Origin: Longimicrobiales bacterium
GTDB lineage: Bacteria; Gemmatimonadota; Gemmatimonadetes; Longimicrobiales; Gaopeijiaceae
NCBI GenBank assembly: GCA_965198065.1
Contig: CBDAON010000004.1
Span: 1,056,001 to 1,120,000 of the forward strand
Reading direction: 5' to 3'
Length of the DNA: 64,000 bases
A model generated the notes under the pieces. That model did not search any database. It was not told the DNA's origin and worked only from the letters and a program-made list of their open reading frames with translations. This document shows positions 9,514 to 22,485 of the stretch, piece after piece. The translations under genes and the position numbers were made by a program. Numbering within the stretch: the first letter of the stretch is position 1; every line of letters starts with the position of its first letter.

Positions 9514-10307
9514 CGGGTGCATCCCGGCCCGAGCGCCCAGAGGAGGATCGCCCCCGCGCTCGCGACGTTGAGCGACTCCACACCCTCGGCGACCGGGATC
9601 GCGACGCGCGTCGCCCTCGCCTCCCGGCGCGCCTCGGGCCTCGCGCCCGCCCCCTCGTTTCCGACGAGGAGCGCCCAGCCCGGATCGGGGCTCCCCCTCC
9701 CGTTCAGCCAGCTACGAACGTCCTCTCCCGCCCCGTCGGCCAAGAGGAGCGGGACCCCGGCACCCGCGAGCCAGTCCCGCCCGCTCGCCCAGGACACCGG
9801 ATGGAGCGGCAGGGCGAAGGAGAGACCGGCCGAGGCGCGGACCGCCTTCGAGCTCCACGGGTCCGCTGTACCGTCCAGGAGCAGGACTCGCTCGAGGCCG
9901 AACGCGGCCGCGGCGCGAATCAGGACCCCGACGTTCCCCGGCTCCTGCACGCGGTCCAGAACGAGGATCCGGGGCGGCCGGGTAGCGGGGCGATCCGGGA
10001 GCTCGGCCCCGGGCTCCCTCGCGAGCGCCAAGATCCCCTGCGGGCTCTCGGTGGAAGCCAGGGCGGAAAAGGTCGCCCGGGGTACTTGCACGACCTCGAC
10101 GCCAAGCGCGTGGACCCGGTCCAGGAAACGCCGGCGGGCCCCCTCCGCCGGACCCGATTCCCGCAGGGCGAAGAGGAGCTCCGCTCCGTGATCGAGCGCG
10201 GTGCCTAGGGCGCGCGGACCCTCGAGGGCCACCACGGCCTCCGCCTCCCTCCCCTTGCGAGTGCGGATCCTTCGAAGGAGACGCTCCCGGCTCCGGGTCA
10301 GCCCCAA
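9510..10307 (-). CDS. TrmH/SpoU family RNA methyltransferase
   Basis: [42 protein letters not shown]. Start (TTG 10307) is approximate. Confidence 0.9.
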   Translation of the reverse strand: MGLTRSRERLLRRIRTRKGREAEAVVALEGPRALGTALDHGAELLFALRESGPAEGARRRFLDRVHALGVEVVQVPRATFSALASTESPQGILALAREPGAELPDRPATRPPRILVLDRVQEPGNVGVLIRAAAAFGLERVLLLDGTADPWSSKAVRASAGLSFALPLHPVSWASGRDWLAGAGVPLLLADGAGEDVRSWLNGRGSPDPGWALLVGNEGAGARPEARREARATRVAIPVAEGVESLNVASAGAILLWALGPGCTR

Positions 10308-10385
10308 CGGCTGTCCCGTCCCGGCGGGATTGCTCTTATCTTCAGGGCTTCGAACCTTCTCATCCGGACGGTCTCGGGCGGTGCC

Positions 10386-11192
10386 ATGGGGAACGCTCCC
10401 ACTCTCCCGGTAGCACTCACAATCGCGGGAAGCGACAGCGGTGGCGGGGCCGGAATCCAGGCCGACCTGAAGACCTTTCAGCGGTTTGGCGTCTTCGGAA
10501 CCACGGCCGTGACGGCGATCACGGCCCAAGATACCACCGGGGTCCGGGGGGTGCATCCGGTCCCTCTGGATCTCGTCCGGGCGCAGATCGACACGGTCTC
10601 GGAGGACCTGAGGCCGTCTGCCGTGAAGAGCGGGATGCTCGCGACCGCGGCGCTCGTGCGCACGGTGGCGACCGCGATCGAGGACCATGGTCTTTCCCGG
10701 TATGTGCTGGACCCCGTGATGGTCTCGTCCACCGGGGCCAGGCTCTTGGATGAAGACGCCGTGGACTCGGTGTCGAAGCACCTTCTCCCGCTCGCATGGC
10801 TCGTGACCCCGAACCTGGACGAGGCCCGGATCCTGACCGGGCTCGGCGTGGTGGGCGAGCGTGGCCAGAGTGAGGCCGCTCGCCGGCTGGTGGAAATGGG
10901 TGCCCGGGCGGCCCTAGTGAAGGGCGGTCACGCCGAGGGACCCGAGGTAGCGGACCTCTACTGGAGCGGATCCGTCGAGCGGGTCTGGCGGCGCCCGAAG
11001 CTTCCCGCCCGGAACACTCACGGCACGGGATGCACCCTCTCGGCCGCGATCACCGCCGGGCTCGCCCAGGGTCGGTCCATGGAAGAGTCCATCGAGCACG
11101 CCCTGGCCTACGTGGAGAGCGCGATCCGGACTGCACCTGGACTCGGGGAGGGCGTCGGCCCGGTCAACCACTTCGCCGAGGCTCGTCTGTAG
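10386..11192 (+). CDS. thiD: Hydroxymethylpyrimidine/phosphomethylpyrimidine kinase
   Basis: [50 protein letters not shown]. Confidence 0.97.
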   Translation: MGNAPTLPVALTIAGSDSGGGAGIQADLKTFQRFGVFGTTAVTAITAQDTTGVRGVHPVPLDLVRAQIDTVSEDLRPSAVKSGMLATAALVRTVATAIEDHGLSRYVLDPVMVSSTGARLLDEDAVDSVSKHLLPLAWLVTPNLDEARILTGLGVVGERGQSEAARRLVEMGARAALVKGGHAEGPEVADLYWSGSVERVWRRPKLPARNTHGTGCTLSAAITAGLAQGRSMEESIEHALAYVESAIRTAPGLGEGVGPVNHFAEARL

Positions 11193-12024
11193 GGAATGCC
11201 GACCGCGGGAGGGCGGAGACCACGGCTCGGACGAGCCTCCCGAGGTCGCGTGCTCCGGTTCCCCCGGCGCGGAGCACGTCCCGATGGCTGAGCTCACCCT
11301 CCGCGAGCCCCGCGGCGCGGTTCACCACGAGTGACAGCGCGAGCACCCCGAGTCCGAGCCGTCGGGCCGCGAGCACCTCGGGCACCGTCGACATGCCCAC
11401 GAGGTCGGCCCCCAGGAGCCGGAGCGCCCGGACCTCCGCGGGCGTCTCGTAGGCCGGCCCGAGCACGGCCGCATACCGCCCTCGAGAGAACCGGATGCCG
11501 CGCTTCGCCGCCGCACTCTCAGCGAGCGCGATGAAGTCTTGATCGTACCACCCCCGGAAGAGACCACGGGCCCCCGGATCCGGGGCGGCCGCTCGACTTC
11601 CCTGAAGATCGAGGTGGCCGTCCAGTGCCACGATCGTTCCGGGCTCGAGATCCGCTCGGATGCCGCCCGCGGCGTTCGTGAGCACCACCACGCGAACGCC
11701 CAGCGTGGCCGCGACCTCGATGGGAACCGCCACGGTTCGCGCCGGATGTCCCTCGTAGCGGTGGAAGCGCCCGACCTGGACTAGGACGGCCCGTCCCCCG
11801 AGGCGGCCGTGGACGTAGTAGCCGGGATGGCCGCTGACGTCGGTGGAGGGAAGCCCCGGGATCTCCCCAAACGGCACCTGGACCGCCTCTTCCAGCCCGT
11901 TGGCAACGGCCTCGAGTCCCGACCCGGTAACGACGAGGACCCGGGGGTCCAGGGTGAGACGGGAAGCGAGGTAGCGCGCTGCGACGGCGGGATCCGCGAA
12001 GCTGGCTCTCACGACCGCCATCAT
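11164..12024 (-). CDS. Purine nucleoside phosphorylase (trimeric type)
   Basis: GSGL, GRFHRYEGH, TNAAGG, GPAYETPAE, GADLVGMSTVPE, VVN. Confidence 0.92.
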   Translation of the reverse strand: MMAVVRASFADPAVAARYLASRLTLDPRVLVVTGSGLEAVANGLEEAVQVPFGEIPGLPSTDVSGHPGYYVHGRLGGRAVLVQVGRFHRYEGHPARTVAVPIEVAATLGVRVVVLTNAAGGIRADLEPGTIVALDGHLDLQGSRAAAPDPGARGLFRGWYDQDFIALAESAAAKRGIRFSRGRYAAVLGPAYETPAEVRALRLLGADLVGMSTVPEVLAARRLGLGVLALSLVVNRAAGLAEGELSHRDVLRAGGTGARDLGRLVRAVVSALPRSAFPTDEPRRSG

Positions 12025-12106
12025 GCGGCCTTCAACGCGGGCCTGCCACTCCGGCCGGGTACCGGTTGAAATTCGGCCGATATGGCCGTTCTGGGGGCCT
12101 AATGAT

Positions 12107-12122
12107 CGGCACGGAGCTTGCT
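12107..12122 (+). promoter_or_regulatory. Putative sigma-54 (-24/-12) promoter upstream of dnaK
   Basis: CGGCACGGAGCTTGCT: GG-N10-GC, near match to TGGCAC-N5-TTGC, about 110 bp before the ATG. Confidence 0.7.
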
Positions 12123-12231
12123 ACGCCGACGCTCGGGCAAACGCGTCTCTCGCGTATCCGGCGAGCGCCGCTCAGGGCTCCTCGACCCGCGCACGCTCCG
12201 CTGCCTCGAATCGAACCGGAGAGGAATCGAC

Positions 12232-14145
12232 ATGGCCAAAGTCATAGGGATCGACCTGGGGACCACCAACTCGGTGGTGGCAGTGATGGAGGGTGGTGAG
12301 CCCGTCGTCATTCCCAATGCGGAGGGAGGGCGCACGACGCCTTCCGTCGTCGGGTTCGCGAAGGACGGGGAGCGCCTGGTCGGGCAGGTCGCCCGGCGTC
12401 AGGCGATCACGAACCCGAACAATACGGTCTTCTCGATCAAGCGGTTCATGGGTCGAGCGTACGCGGAGGTAGTGGAAGAGCGGAAACTCGTTCCCTACGA
12501 GGTCGTACGCGACTCGGACGATCGGGTCCAGGTCAAGATCCCGAACGCGTCGAAGCCGTTCACCCCCCCCGAGATCTCCGCGGTCATCCTCCAGAAGATG
12601 AAGCAAACGGCCGAGGACTACCTGGGCCACGAGGTGGATCAGGCGGTCATCACGGTACCCGCGTACTTCAACGACTCGCAGCGGCAGGCCACGAAGGATG
12701 CCGGGAAGATCTCCGGGCTCGAGGTCCTCCGGATCATCAACGAGCCGACGGCTGCGGCCCTCGCCTACGGCCTGGACAAGAAAAAGGACGAGACGATCGC
12801 AGTCTTCGACCTCGGCGGTGGGACGTACGACATCTCGATCCTCGAGCTGGGGGACGGCGTGTTCGAGGTCAAAGCTACGAATGGGGACACCCATCTCGGG
12901 GGGGACGACTTCGACCAGCGGATCATCGACTGGCTCGTGCAGGAGTTCAACAAGGACCAGGGCATCGATCTGGCCAAGGACGTCATGGCGCTCCAGCGGC
13001 TGAAGGAAGCCGCCGAGAAGGCCAAGATGGAGCTCTCGTCCACCATGCAGACGGACATCAACCTCCCCTTCGTCACGGCGACCCAGGAGGGGCCGAAGCA
13101 CCTGAACATGACCCTCTCCCGCGCGAAGCTCGAGCAGCTCGTCGAGGACCTCGTCCAGCGGACGATCCCGCCCATGCAGGCCGCCCTGAAGGACGCCGGC
13201 CTGAATCCGTCGGACATTGACGAGGTGATTCTCGTCGGGGGCTCGACCCGGATGCCGAAGATCCAGGAGGTCGTGAAGAGCTTCTTCGGGAAGGATCTCC
13301 ACAGGGGGGTGAACCCGGACGAGGTCGTAGCCGTCGGCGCCGCCATTCAGGGTGGCGTGCTGGCCGGAGACGTGAAGGACGTGCTGCTTCTCGACGTGAT
13401 TCCCCTCTCGCTCGGGATCGAGACGCTGGGTGGCGTAAAGACGTCCCTGATCGAGCGGAACACGACGATCCCGACCAAGAAGACGGAGGTGTTCTCGACC
13501 GCCGAGGACAACCAGACCACAGTCGAGATCCACGTGCTCCAGGGCGAACGGAAGATGGCGCTCGACAACAAGACGATCGGGAAGTTCCAGCTGACCGGGA
13601 TCCCGCCGGCGCCGCGCGGCATGCCCCAGATCGAGGTGACATTCGACATCGACGCGAACGGAATCCTGAGCGTCTCCGCGAAGGACCGCGCCACGGAAAA
13701 GGAGCAGAAAATCCGGATCGAGGCCTCGTCGGGCCTCTCGGACACCGAGATCGAGCGGATGGTCAAGGATGCCGAGACCCACGCGGGGGAGGACGACGAG
13801 CGGAAGAAGAAGGTCGAGGCGAGGAACACCCTCGACTCCCTCGTCTACCAGGTCGAAAAGGACTCGAAGGAGTGGGCCGACAAGGTGGGGGCCGCCGAGA
13901 AGGAGCGGCTAGACAAGGCCGTCGAGGCCGCGAAGGAGGCGCTCAAGTCCGACGACGCCGCCACGCTGAACTGGGACCGGGACAAGCTGATGCAGGCCTT
14001 CAGCGCCGCCGGCCAGCAAGTCTATCAGGCGCAGGCCTCAGAGGCGCCCGACGGAGAGGCCACGGTGGAGCCGGAGACGCCCGCGGAGGACGCAGAGGAG
14101 GTCGTGGAGGCGGATTACGAGATCGTCGAGGACGAGACCAGCTGA
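12232..14145 (+). CDS. dnaK: Chaperone DnaK (Hsp70)
   Basis: [44 protein letters not shown] 12232 with a GAGG RBS. Confidence 0.99.
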   Translation: MAKVIGIDLGTTNSVVAVMEGGEPVVIPNAEGGRTTPSVVGFAKDGERLVGQVARRQAITNPNNTVFSIKRFMGRAYAEVVEERKLVPYEVVRDSDDRVQVKIPNASKPFTPPEISAVILQKMKQTAEDYLGHEVDQAVITVPAYFNDSQRQATKDAGKISGLEVLRIINEPTAAALAYGLDKKKDETIAVFDLGGGTYDISILELGDGVFEVKATNGDTHLGGDDFDQRIIDWLVQEFNKDQGIDLAKDVMALQRLKEAAEKAKMELSSTMQTDINLPFVTATQEGPKHLNMTLSRAKLEQLVEDLVQRTIPPMQAALKDAGLNPSDIDEVILVGGSTRMPKIQEVVKSFFGKDLHRGVNPDEVVAVGAAIQGGVLAGDVKDVLLLDVIPLSLGIETLGGVKTSLIERNTTIPTKKTEVFSTAEDNQTTVEIHVLQGERKMALDNKTIGKFQLTGIPPAPRGMPQIEVTFDIDANGILSVSAKDRATEKEQKIRIEASSGLSDTEIERMVKDAETHAGEDDERKKKVEARNTLDSLVYQVEKDSKEWADKVGAAEKERLDKAVEAAKEALKSDDAATLNWDRDKLMQAFSAAGQQVYQAQASEAPDGEATVEPETPAEDAEEVVEADYEIVEDETS

Positions 14146-14157
14146 CCTGAACGAAAC

Positions 14158-14208
14158 GGGGGGCCCGGGCATCCAACGAGAGGATCCCACGAGAGGATCC
14201 CGGCCCCC
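14158..14208 (+). terminator. GC-rich hairpin after dnaK containing an exact 13-bp tandem duplication
   Basis: Arms GGGGGCCCGGGCATCC / GGATCCCGGCCCCC; ACGAGAGGATCCC occurs at 14176-14188 and 14189-14201. No clear U tract on the + strand. Confidence 0.5.
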
Positions 14209-14296
14209 AGGGCGGTGTAGAAGGCTCCGGTTCCGCGCGGGCGTGTGAACACGTGCCCCGACGACTTCGGAGATGAACGGGAAGGGAGAGGTGACC

Positions 14297-15841
14297 ATGC
14301 TCGACCCCCTCAAGACCAAGACGCGACTCCTCCTTTATACGCTCGTCGCCCTCGTCTTGGGGACGGCTGGCGCTTCGGTGATGGGATGGACGTCCCTCAC
14401 CGCGACGCCCGCGATCGTCCAGGTGCCACAGCTGTCGGACGCCGCGGTCCGCCCGGCGCTCGATCTGAGCGAGGCCTTCGTCAACGTGTCCAATGCCGTG
14501 ACCCCGGCCGTCGTGCGGATCGAGGCCGAGCGGCCGGTCTCCGCGGCCGATCTGCCGCAGGGCGGGTTCCCCTTCGACTTCCCCAATCCAGGTCAGGGTC
14601 AGACCCCGGACGAGCTTCCGCTCCGGACGGCCGGCGGGAGCGGCTTCATCGTAAGCGAGGACGGCTACATCCTCACGAACGACCACGTGGTCGCGGACGC
14701 GAGGCAGATCCGGGTATACCTCGCCGACCACCGGGAGTACACGGCGGAGGTGGTCGGGACGGATCCAACGACCGACGTCGCGGTCATCAGGATCCAGGGC
14801 GAGGCCTTCCCCACGCTTAGCCTAGGGAGCTCCACAGACGTCCGGGTGGGCGAATGGGTGCTCGCGATCGGGAATCCGGGCTTCAGCGGCAGCTCCCCAC
14901 TCGACAACACTGTCACGGCCGGAATCGTGAGCGCGATGGGACGCCCCTTGAACCTCATTCGTGAGGAGCTCTCGCGGCTGGACGCGTGGCAGGCATTGGC
15001 CGGGTACTCGATCGAGGACTTCATCCAGACGGATGCGGTCATCAATCCCGGGAACTCCGGCGGCCCGCTCGTGAACATGCGAGGCCAGGTCGTCGGCATC
15101 AATTCGGCCATCGCGTCCACCACGGGCTCCTTCCAGGGATACGGGTTCGCCGTTCCGATCGACCTAGCCGGCCGCGTCATGCAGGATCTCGTGGCGTACG
15201 GGGAGGTCCGTCGGGCTCGGCTGGGCGTCGCGATGCGGGAAGTCACGCCCGTTGACGCGGAGCTCTACGGGCTCCCGCGGCCGGAGGGCGCATTCGTGAA
15301 CGAGGTCGTGGACAACACCCCGGCGGCACGGGCCGGGCTCCGCCCAGAAGACGTCATCGTCAGCGTGGACGGCCAGGCCATTCGATATCCCGCGCAGCTC
15401 CAGTCCACGATCGCCCAGCGACGGCCGGCGGACGAGGTGACGATCGCCTATTACCGGGACCGGGAGCGTCGCGAGGTCACCCTCCGCCTGGACCAGGCGT
15501 CCCTGACCCCGCAGCCAACGAGGGTCTCCTCACGGCCCCCCGCGGTGCAGTCGCTCCTCGGGATCGAGGTGGCTGAGCTGGACGCCCAAACCGCGCAGCA
15601 GCTGCAGTACGACGACGCGGGCGGCGTCTTCATCCAGAACGTGAACCCCACGAGCCCGGCCGCGCGGGCCGGCGTCCGCCCCGGTCTCCGGGTGCTGCAG
15701 ATCAACCGCCAGCCCGTGGAAACGGTCGAGGACGCCGAGGGGCTCCTCGAGGGGCTGGACCTCGGACAGATCGTGACGTTCCTCATGCAGGGGCCGGACG
15801 GCAACAGTCGGATCGTGAACGTGCAGGTTCCGCGGGACTGA
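14297..15841 (+). CDS. DegP/HtrA (Do family) serine endoprotease, two PDZ domains
   Basis: N-terminal signal/anchor, GSGFIVSEDGYILTNDHVV, TDVAVI, IQTDAVINPGNSGGPL. Confidence 0.95.
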   Translation: MLDPLKTKTRLLLYTLVALVLGTAGASVMGWTSLTATPAIVQVPQLSDAAVRPALDLSEAFVNVSNAVTPAVVRIEAERPVSAADLPQGGFPFDFPNPGQGQTPDELPLRTAGGSGFIVSEDGYILTNDHVVADARQIRVYLADHREYTAEVVGTDPTTDVAVIRIQGEAFPTLSLGSSTDVRVGEWVLAIGNPGFSGSSPLDNTVTAGIVSAMGRPLNLIREELSRLDAWQALAGYSIEDFIQTDAVINPGNSGGPLVNMRGQVVGINSAIASTTGSFQGYGFAVPIDLAGRVMQDLVAYGEVRRARLGVAMREVTPVDAELYGLPRPEGAFVNEVVDNTPAARAGLRPEDVIVSVDGQAIRYPAQLQSTIAQRRPADEVTIAYYRDRERREVTLRLDQASLTPQPTRVSSRPPAVQSLLGIEVAELDAQTAQQLQYDDAGGVFIQNVNPTSPAARAGVRPGLRVLQINRQPVETVEDAEGLLEGLDLGQIVTFLMQGPDGNSRIVNVQVPRD

Positions 15842-15936
15842 CTCTCGCCCCGTGGGCGAGCGTGGGGTCGATCACGGGCTCTCACGTCCGTCCGCGCGTC
15901 CGAGGAGAAGGTACGGGGTCCCGGAGGTTCGCGTCG

Positions 15937-15965
15937 TTGAACCCCCCCGGGGCCTCGATTATGTT
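15937..15965 (+). promoter_or_regulatory. Putative sigma-70 promoter for tRNA-Leu/tig
   Basis: TTGAAC-N17-TATGTT, 25 bp before the tRNA. Confidence 0.6.
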
Positions 15966-15990
15966 CTTTTTCCGACGTTACGGGCCGAAC

Positions 15991-16073
15991 GCGAAAGTGG
16001 CGGAACTGGTAGACGCGCGAGATTTAGGATCTCGTGGCCCTAGGCCGTGGGGGTTCGAGTCCCTCCTTTCGCA
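15991..16073 (+). tRNA. tRNA-Leu (anticodon TAG), CCA not encoded
   Basis: Acceptor stem GCGAAAG/CTTTCGC+A, D arm TGGCGGAACTGGTAGACGC, anticodon arm CGAGA-TTTAGGA-TCTCG, long variable arm, GGTTCGAGTCC T arm; usual position before tig. Confidence 0.96.
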
Positions 16074-16102
16074 TCCTTCCCGATTCCATCCTCCTCGACG
16101 TC

Positions 16103-17368
16103 ATGGCGATCGACCTCTCCAAGCTCCAGGTCTCTGTTGCGGAGAGCGAGCGCTGGCGGCGGACGGTGAGCATCACGGTGCCCCGGGAGGTCGTGGAGAC
16201 GGAGCGGCGTGCCGCAGTCAAGGCGTTTTCCTCGCGACTCCGGCTGCCCGGCTTCCGTGCCGGGAAGGTGCCCCCGGGTGTGGTGGAGAAGCGGTTCGGT
16301 CCGGCCCTCGACCAGGAGCTCGTCGATCGAGTCATCGGTGACGTCTACCGGCGGGTCCTGGAGGACCGGGAGATGCAGCCGATCAGCGAGGGGGAGGTGG
16401 GCGACGTGCAGTATCGCCCTGAGTCCGACCTGAGCTTCGCCGTCTCCTTCGACGTGGCTCCCCGGATCGAGCTCGCTCGCCTCGGCGGCTTCAGGGTGGA
16501 GCGCCCCGAGATCCCGATCACCGAGGGAGAGGTGGAAGGGGTCCTCGGCCGCGTGAGGGAGCGGGAGGGAACGTGGGTGCCTGTCGAGGGCCGCTCCCCC
16601 GCGTCGGGAGAGCGCGTCGAGGTCCGGATCCAGAGACTGGAGGAAAAGGACGCCCAGCCACGCGCGTACGAGTTCCGGCTGGGCGGGGGCGAGGCGATCG
16701 CGGACGTGGAAGGTGCGATCCAGTCTCTCGAGCCGGGCACGTCGGGCGAGTTCACGATCGAGTTTCCCGAGGACTCCGCGCCCGGCGCTGAGCCCGGCGA
16801 GCCGTCGTCCCGTGCGAGGAGCCTCAGGATCACCCTCGATTCGGTAAAGCGACTCGAGCTTCCGGAGCTTGACGACGAGTTCGCGAGAGCCACGGGGGAG
16901 TTCGAAGACCTGGCGGACATGAGGGCCCGGATCCGAGAGGATCTCGAGAAGGAGGCCGCGCGGGAGGCGGAGGCCCGCCTCCGGGACGCGCTCATCGAGC
17001 AGATTCTGTCGGCGAACTCGTTCGACGTCCCCGAATCGATGGTCGAACGGTTCATTCGAGCCGCCCTCGGCAACCCGAAGGAGCTGGCCGAGGAGAGGTG
17101 GGAGGAAGCGAAGCGGGAGCTCCGCCCAGGGGCCGTGGCGGGGGTGAGGCGGCACCTCGTCGTGACCCGGATCGCGGAGACCGAGGGGCTCACCGCCACT
17201 CCCTCGGACGTGGACGCGAGGATCGAGACAATGGCGAAGCGGGGCGGGGTCTCGCCCGCGGACGTTTACTCTCGGCTCCAGCGCGCCGGACAGATCGAAC
17301 GACTCGAGCGCGAGGTTACGGAAGACAAGGTCTTCGAGTTTCTGAAGGAGAAGTCCGAGATCCGATAA
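16103..17368 (+). CDS. tig: Trigger factor
   Basis: LPGFRAGKVP ribosome-binding motif, FKBP-like middle, LPELDDEFA; precedes clpP-clpX. Confidence 0.96.
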   Translation: MAIDLSKLQVSVAESERWRRTVSITVPREVVETERRAAVKAFSSRLRLPGFRAGKVPPGVVEKRFGPALDQELVDRVIGDVYRRVLEDREMQPISEGEVGDVQYRPESDLSFAVSFDVAPRIELARLGGFRVERPEIPITEGEVEGVLGRVREREGTWVPVEGRSPASGERVEVRIQRLEEKDAQPRAYEFRLGGGEAIADVEGAIQSLEPGTSGEFTIEFPEDSAPGAEPGEPSSRARSLRITLDSVKRLELPELDDEFARATGEFEDLADMRARIREDLEKEAAREAEARLRDALIEQILSANSFDVPESMVERFIRAALGNPKELAEERWEEAKRELRPGAVAGVRRHLVVTRIAETEGLTATPSDVDARIETMAKRGGVSPADVYSRLQRAGQIERLEREVTEDKVFEFLKEKSEIR

Positions 17369-17522
17369 ACCGGACGGACCCCGCGCCTCCTCGGCAGCCG
17401 GTCCAGGGGACGGCTTCCTCTCAGCGCCTCCCGGCGCGAACTTTCAGCCGGACCCGATCCCCCGCGACACGGGGGCCCCGGGCCGATGCTCCTAGCCCGA
17501 CGGACCCGAACGGACCACCGCG

Positions 17523-18158
17523 ATGCCGATCTTCCCGCCGTACGTGATCGAGCGAACGAGCCGCGGGGAGCGTAGCTACGACATCTTCTCGCGGCTCCTC
17601 ATGGATCGCATCGTGTTCCTGGGGAGCGGGGTAGACGACATGGTGGCGAACGTGATCGTGGCGCAGCTCCTCTTTCTCGACGCGGACGATCCCGAGCGCG
17701 ACATCTACTTTTACATCAACTCACCCGGCGGCAACGTTTACGCGGGCCTCGCGATCTACGACACGATACAGCATCTCAAGGCACCCGTCTCCACTTTTTG
17801 CGTCGGGATGGCGGCCTCCATGAGCGCCCTTCTCCTGGCCGGAGGGGCAGACGGAAAGCGCAGCGCCCTCCCGAATTCGCGGATCCTGATCCACCAACCC
17901 TCCTCCGGGTACCAGGGGACGGCGGCGGACATCGAGATCGCGGCCAAGGAGGTGCTGGGAATCCGGGAGCGGTTGAACCAGATCCTGGCCCAACACACGG
18001 GGAAGACGGTCGAGAAGGTCGCCGAGGACGTGGACCGCGACTACTTCATGAGCGCGGAGGAGGCGAAGGACTACGGGTTGATCGATCGGGTCCTCACGCG
18101 GCGAGATCAGGTGGAGAAGCCAAAAGACTCGGAGTCGGAGAAGAAGTCGGAGGCGTAA
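17523..18158 (+). CDS. clpP: ATP-dependent Clp protease proteolytic subunit
   Basis: [26 protein letters not shown] (catalytic Ser), IHQP. Confidence 0.98.
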   Translation: MPIFPPYVIERTSRGERSYDIFSRLLMDRIVFLGSGVDDMVANVIVAQLLFLDADDPERDIYFYINSPGGNVYAGLAIYDTIQHLKAPVSTFCVGMAASMSALLLAGGADGKRSALPNSRILIHQPSSGYQGTAADIEIAAKEVLGIRERLNQILAQHTGKTVEKVAEDVDRDYFMSAEEAKDYGLIDRVLTRRDQVEKPKDSESEKKSEA

Positions 18159-18159
18159 C

Positions 18160-19419
<1,260 letters not shown>

Positions 19420-19432
19420 TCCCCCCGGGGCC

Positions 19433-21889
19433 ATGACGGAGGAAGCGAGGCCCTCCACCCTGGAAACGCCCGTGCCGGAGCGGGTTCCCGCGCTGGCGCT
19501 CCGCGACCTCGTCTTCTTCCCCTCCATGGTCCTTCCCCTCCTGGTCGGCCGCCCCAGGTCGGCGGCCGCGCTCGCGGAGGCACAAGCGCCGGACGCCGGC
19601 GGCCTCGTCCTCCTGGTCGCGCAGCGCGACCCAGGCGCCGAGGACCCTTCCGCCGGAGACCTCCACCGTGTCGGAACCGTCGCCCGGGTGATCCAGTCCA
19701 CGCCCCTGGACGACGGCACGGCGAGAGTCGTCTTGGAGGGCCTGGCGCGGGCCCAAGTACAGCGCTTCCTCCCGGGGCCTGGACCGTTCCGAGCTGAGAT
19801 ATCCCTGCTCGGATACCCCGACGCGGGACAGCCGCCCGACATCGCCCCGAGCGACTCGGAGCTCCAGGCGGTGATGCGGCGAGTGGACCGGGGGTTCCGC
19901 GATTACGTGCAGCTCCATCCCGACCTACCGTCCGACCTCGCGGCGGCCGTCTCCGACGTGGAAGACCCGACCAAGTCGGGGCACCGCGTCGCGGGCCATC
20001 TGCTGGTCACGGCCCGCGAGAAGCAGGGCCTCCTCGAAGCTGAGACCCTGGAGGGGCTCTTCGGGGAGCTCATGGCGATCCTCGAGCGGGAGCTGGAAAT
20101 CCTCCGGATCGAGGACCGGCTGGATCGGGAGATGCGCCGTCGCATGGACGACGATCGTCGCCAGCACTACCTGAACGAACAGCTCAAGGCGATCCAGAAG
20201 GAGCTGGGGTCCGGGAGCCCCGAGTTCGACGACGTGCGGAAGCGCTTGGACGCCACCGCCCTTCCCGACCCCGCCCGGGAGAAGGCCGAGCTCGAGTTCG
20301 AGCGGCTCCAGCGGATGAACCCGGTCGCCCCCGAAGCCACTGTGATCCGCAGCTATCTCGACTGGCTCCTCAGTCTCCCCTGGGAGGAGCGCACGGACGA
20401 CAACCCGGACGTCGCGCACGCTCGGACCGTCCTCTCGGACGCCCACTACGGCCTGGAGGAGGTGAACGACCGGATCCTCGACCACATCGCTGTCCTCTCG
20501 CTCGTCGGGGAGCTCAAGGGGCCGATCCTCTGCCTGGTCGGGCCGCCGGGCGTGGGAAAGACGTCTCTCGGAAAGAGCATTGCCCGGGCGCTGAGCCGCC
20601 GCTTCGTCCGGGTGGCCCTCGGCGGCGTACGGGATGAAGCCGAGATCCGCGGCCACCGGCGTACCTATGTGGGAAGCCTCCCGGGACGGGTCCTCCAGGG
20701 GATCCGGCGGGCCCGGAGCCGGAACCCCGTCTTCCTCTTGGACGAGGTGGACAAGCTCGCCAAGGACGGTCACGGGGATCCCTCCGCGGCGCTTCTTGAG
20801 GTCCTCGATCCGGAGCAGAATCGCACGTTCCAGGATCATTACCTCGAGCTCGAGTTCGATCTCTCGGAGGTCCTGTTCGTGGCCACGGCCAACACACTAG
20901 GCGGGATACCGGATCCGCTTCGGGACCGGATGGAGGTCATCCGGATTCCCGGGTACCTGGACACGGAGAAGCGAAACATCGCCCGAAGCTTCCTCATCCC
21001 GGAGCAGCTCCGCCGGCACGGGCTCGATCCGGCTCGCGTCCGGATTCCGGACGACGCGGTGGACCGGATCGTCGAGGGGTACACCCGGGAGGCCGGGGTA
21101 CGCGAGCTCGACCGGCTCCTCGCGAAGGTGGCGCGGAAGATGGCGCGCCGCGTCGCCGAAGGAGCGGTCGCGCCTGCCGACGAGGTGTGCGTCCGGGTCG
21201 CGGATCTGCCGGACCTGCTGGGCCCCGTCCGGCACCAGCGAACCCCCCCAGACGGCCAGGCGGACCGAGTCGGCATCGCCACCGGGCTGGCCTGGACCGT
21301 CGCAGGGGGGGAGCTCCTCGAGGTCGAGGTCTCGGTCGTGCCGGGGGGTGGATCGGTCCAGCTCACGGGCACGCTCGGGGACGTGATGAAGGAGTCCGCG
21401 GTCGCGGCCGTCACGTACGCGCGGGCCCGAGCGCGGGAGTTCGGGCTCAAGGCTCACTTCCACAGCGAGGTGGACGTCCACATCCACATCCCGGAGGGAG
21501 CGACCCCGAAGGAAGGACCCTCCGCAGGGGTCACGATCGCGGCGGCGCTCGTCTCCGCCCTGACCGGTATCCCCACGCGGGGGGACGTGGCGCTCACGGG
21601 CGAGATTACGCTCAGAGGTCGGGTCCTTCCCGTCGGGGGCATCAAGGAGAAGGCGGTCGCCGCGCTCAGGAACGGGATCGCGACCGTGGTCCTGCCCGAG
21701 GGAAACACCTCCGAGCTCGATCTCCTTCCCGCCGAAGTACGCGAGCGCGTCCGCTTTCGCCCGGTGGATCGCATGGACGCGGTTCTCGATCTCGTCCTCG
21801 CTGCCCGGCCGGGCGTGGCGAACCAGGTCAGCACGGCTCTCGGAGAGGCCTTGGGGAGTTCGAGCCCCGGGACCCAGCTCTCCCAGTGA
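19433..21889 (+). CDS. lon: Lon protease
   Basis: [24 protein letters not shown], catalytic GPSAG and GGIKEK. Confidence 0.98.
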   Translation: MTEEARPSTLETPVPERVPALALRDLVFFPSMVLPLLVGRPRSAAALAEAQAPDAGGLVLLVAQRDPGAEDPSAGDLHRVGTVARVIQSTPLDDGTARVVLEGLARAQVQRFLPGPGPFRAEISLLGYPDAGQPPDIAPSDSELQAVMRRVDRGFRDYVQLHPDLPSDLAAAVSDVEDPTKSGHRVAGHLLVTAREKQGLLEAETLEGLFGELMAILERELEILRIEDRLDREMRRRMDDDRRQHYLNEQLKAIQKELGSGSPEFDDVRKRLDATALPDPAREKAELEFERLQRMNPVAPEATVIRSYLDWLLSLPWEERTDDNPDVAHARTVLSDAHYGLEEVNDRILDHIAVLSLVGELKGPILCLVGPPGVGKTSLGKSIARALSRRFVRVALGGVRDEAEIRGHRRTYVGSLPGRVLQGIRRARSRNPVFLLDEVDKLAKDGHGDPSAALLEVLDPEQNRTFQDHYLELEFDLSEVLFVATANTLGGIPDPLRDRMEVIRIPGYLDTEKRNIARSFLIPEQLRRHGLDPARVRIPDDAVDRIVEGYTREAGVRELDRLLAKVARKMARRVAEGAVAPADEVCVRVADLPDLLGPVRHQRTPPDGQADRVGIATGLAWTVAGGELLEVEVSVVPGGGSVQLTGTLGDVMKESAVAAVTYARARAREFGLKAHFHSEVDVHIHIPEGATPKEGPSAGVTIAAALVSALTGIPTRGDVALTGEITLRGRVLPVGGIKEKAVAALRNGIATVVLPEGNTSELDLLPAEVRERVRFRPVDRMDAVLDLVLAARPGVANQVSTALGEALGSSSPGTQLSQ

Positions 21890-22485
21890 AGATCCGGTCC
21901 GTGGAGTTCTCGGGGACCGTCATGGATCCCCGCGGCTCCCTTCCCGGATCACTTCCCCAAGTCGCCTTCGCGGGACGCTCGAACGTGGGCAAGTCCTCGC
22001 TGATCAACGTGCTCCTCGGTCGGACCCGGAAGAAGCTCGCGCACGTTTCCGGAGATCCTGGAAAAACTAGGGGGCTGAACTTCTACCGCGTGAACGACCA
22101 CTTCTTCCTGGTGGACCTGCCCGGCTTCGGGTTCGCGAACGTCCCCGCTCCCGTCCGAGAGAGCTGGAAGGCACTGGCCGAGGGTTACCTGGAGAGACCG
22201 GACGGACCGGCGGCCGTCGTCCAGCTCGTTGATATTCGCCACGGGCCGACCCATGGTGACCTGACGATGCTCGAGTACCTCGCCGGGCGGGGGCTTCCGA
22301 CGGTGGTCGTCCTGACGAAGGCGGACAAGCTGGGGCGCGAGCGACGGATGAAGGCGGTGTCGGAGCGCACGCGGGACCTGGGGCTCGACTCCGAGCAGGT
22401 GGTTCTATTCTCGGCCAAGACGGGGGCGGGGCGGGACTTGCTCCTGGACGCGCTCGAGCACCTCCTGGAAGTGCCGGAGCGATGA
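21886..22485 (+). CDS. engB: Ribosome biogenesis GTPase YihA/YsxC
   Basis: [28 protein letters not shown] start overlaps the lon stop. Confidence 0.95.
   Translation: MKIRSVEFSGTVMDPRGSLPGSLPQVAFAGRSNVGKSSLINVLLGRTRKKLAHVSGDPGKTRGLNFYRVNDHFFLVDLPGFGFANVPAPVRESWKALAEGYLERPDGPAAVVQLVDIRHGPTHGDLTMLEYLAGRGLPTVVVLTKADKLGRERRMKAVSERTRDLGLDSEQVVLFSAKTGAGRDLLLDALEHLLEVPER

Noticed and set aside
12172..13782. Long antisense or alternative-frame ORFs (also 42857-44662, 55139-57241, 56677-59616, 57357-59387, 59638-61266)
   Set aside because: They are shadows of real genes caused by high GC and codon bias, with no recognisable motifs.
15991..16073. tRNA with anticodon TAG as an amber suppressor or integration site
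   Set aside because: Anticodon TAG reads Leu CTA/CTG (a suppressor would have CTA). I saw no duplicated tRNA 3' end or adjacent integrase.
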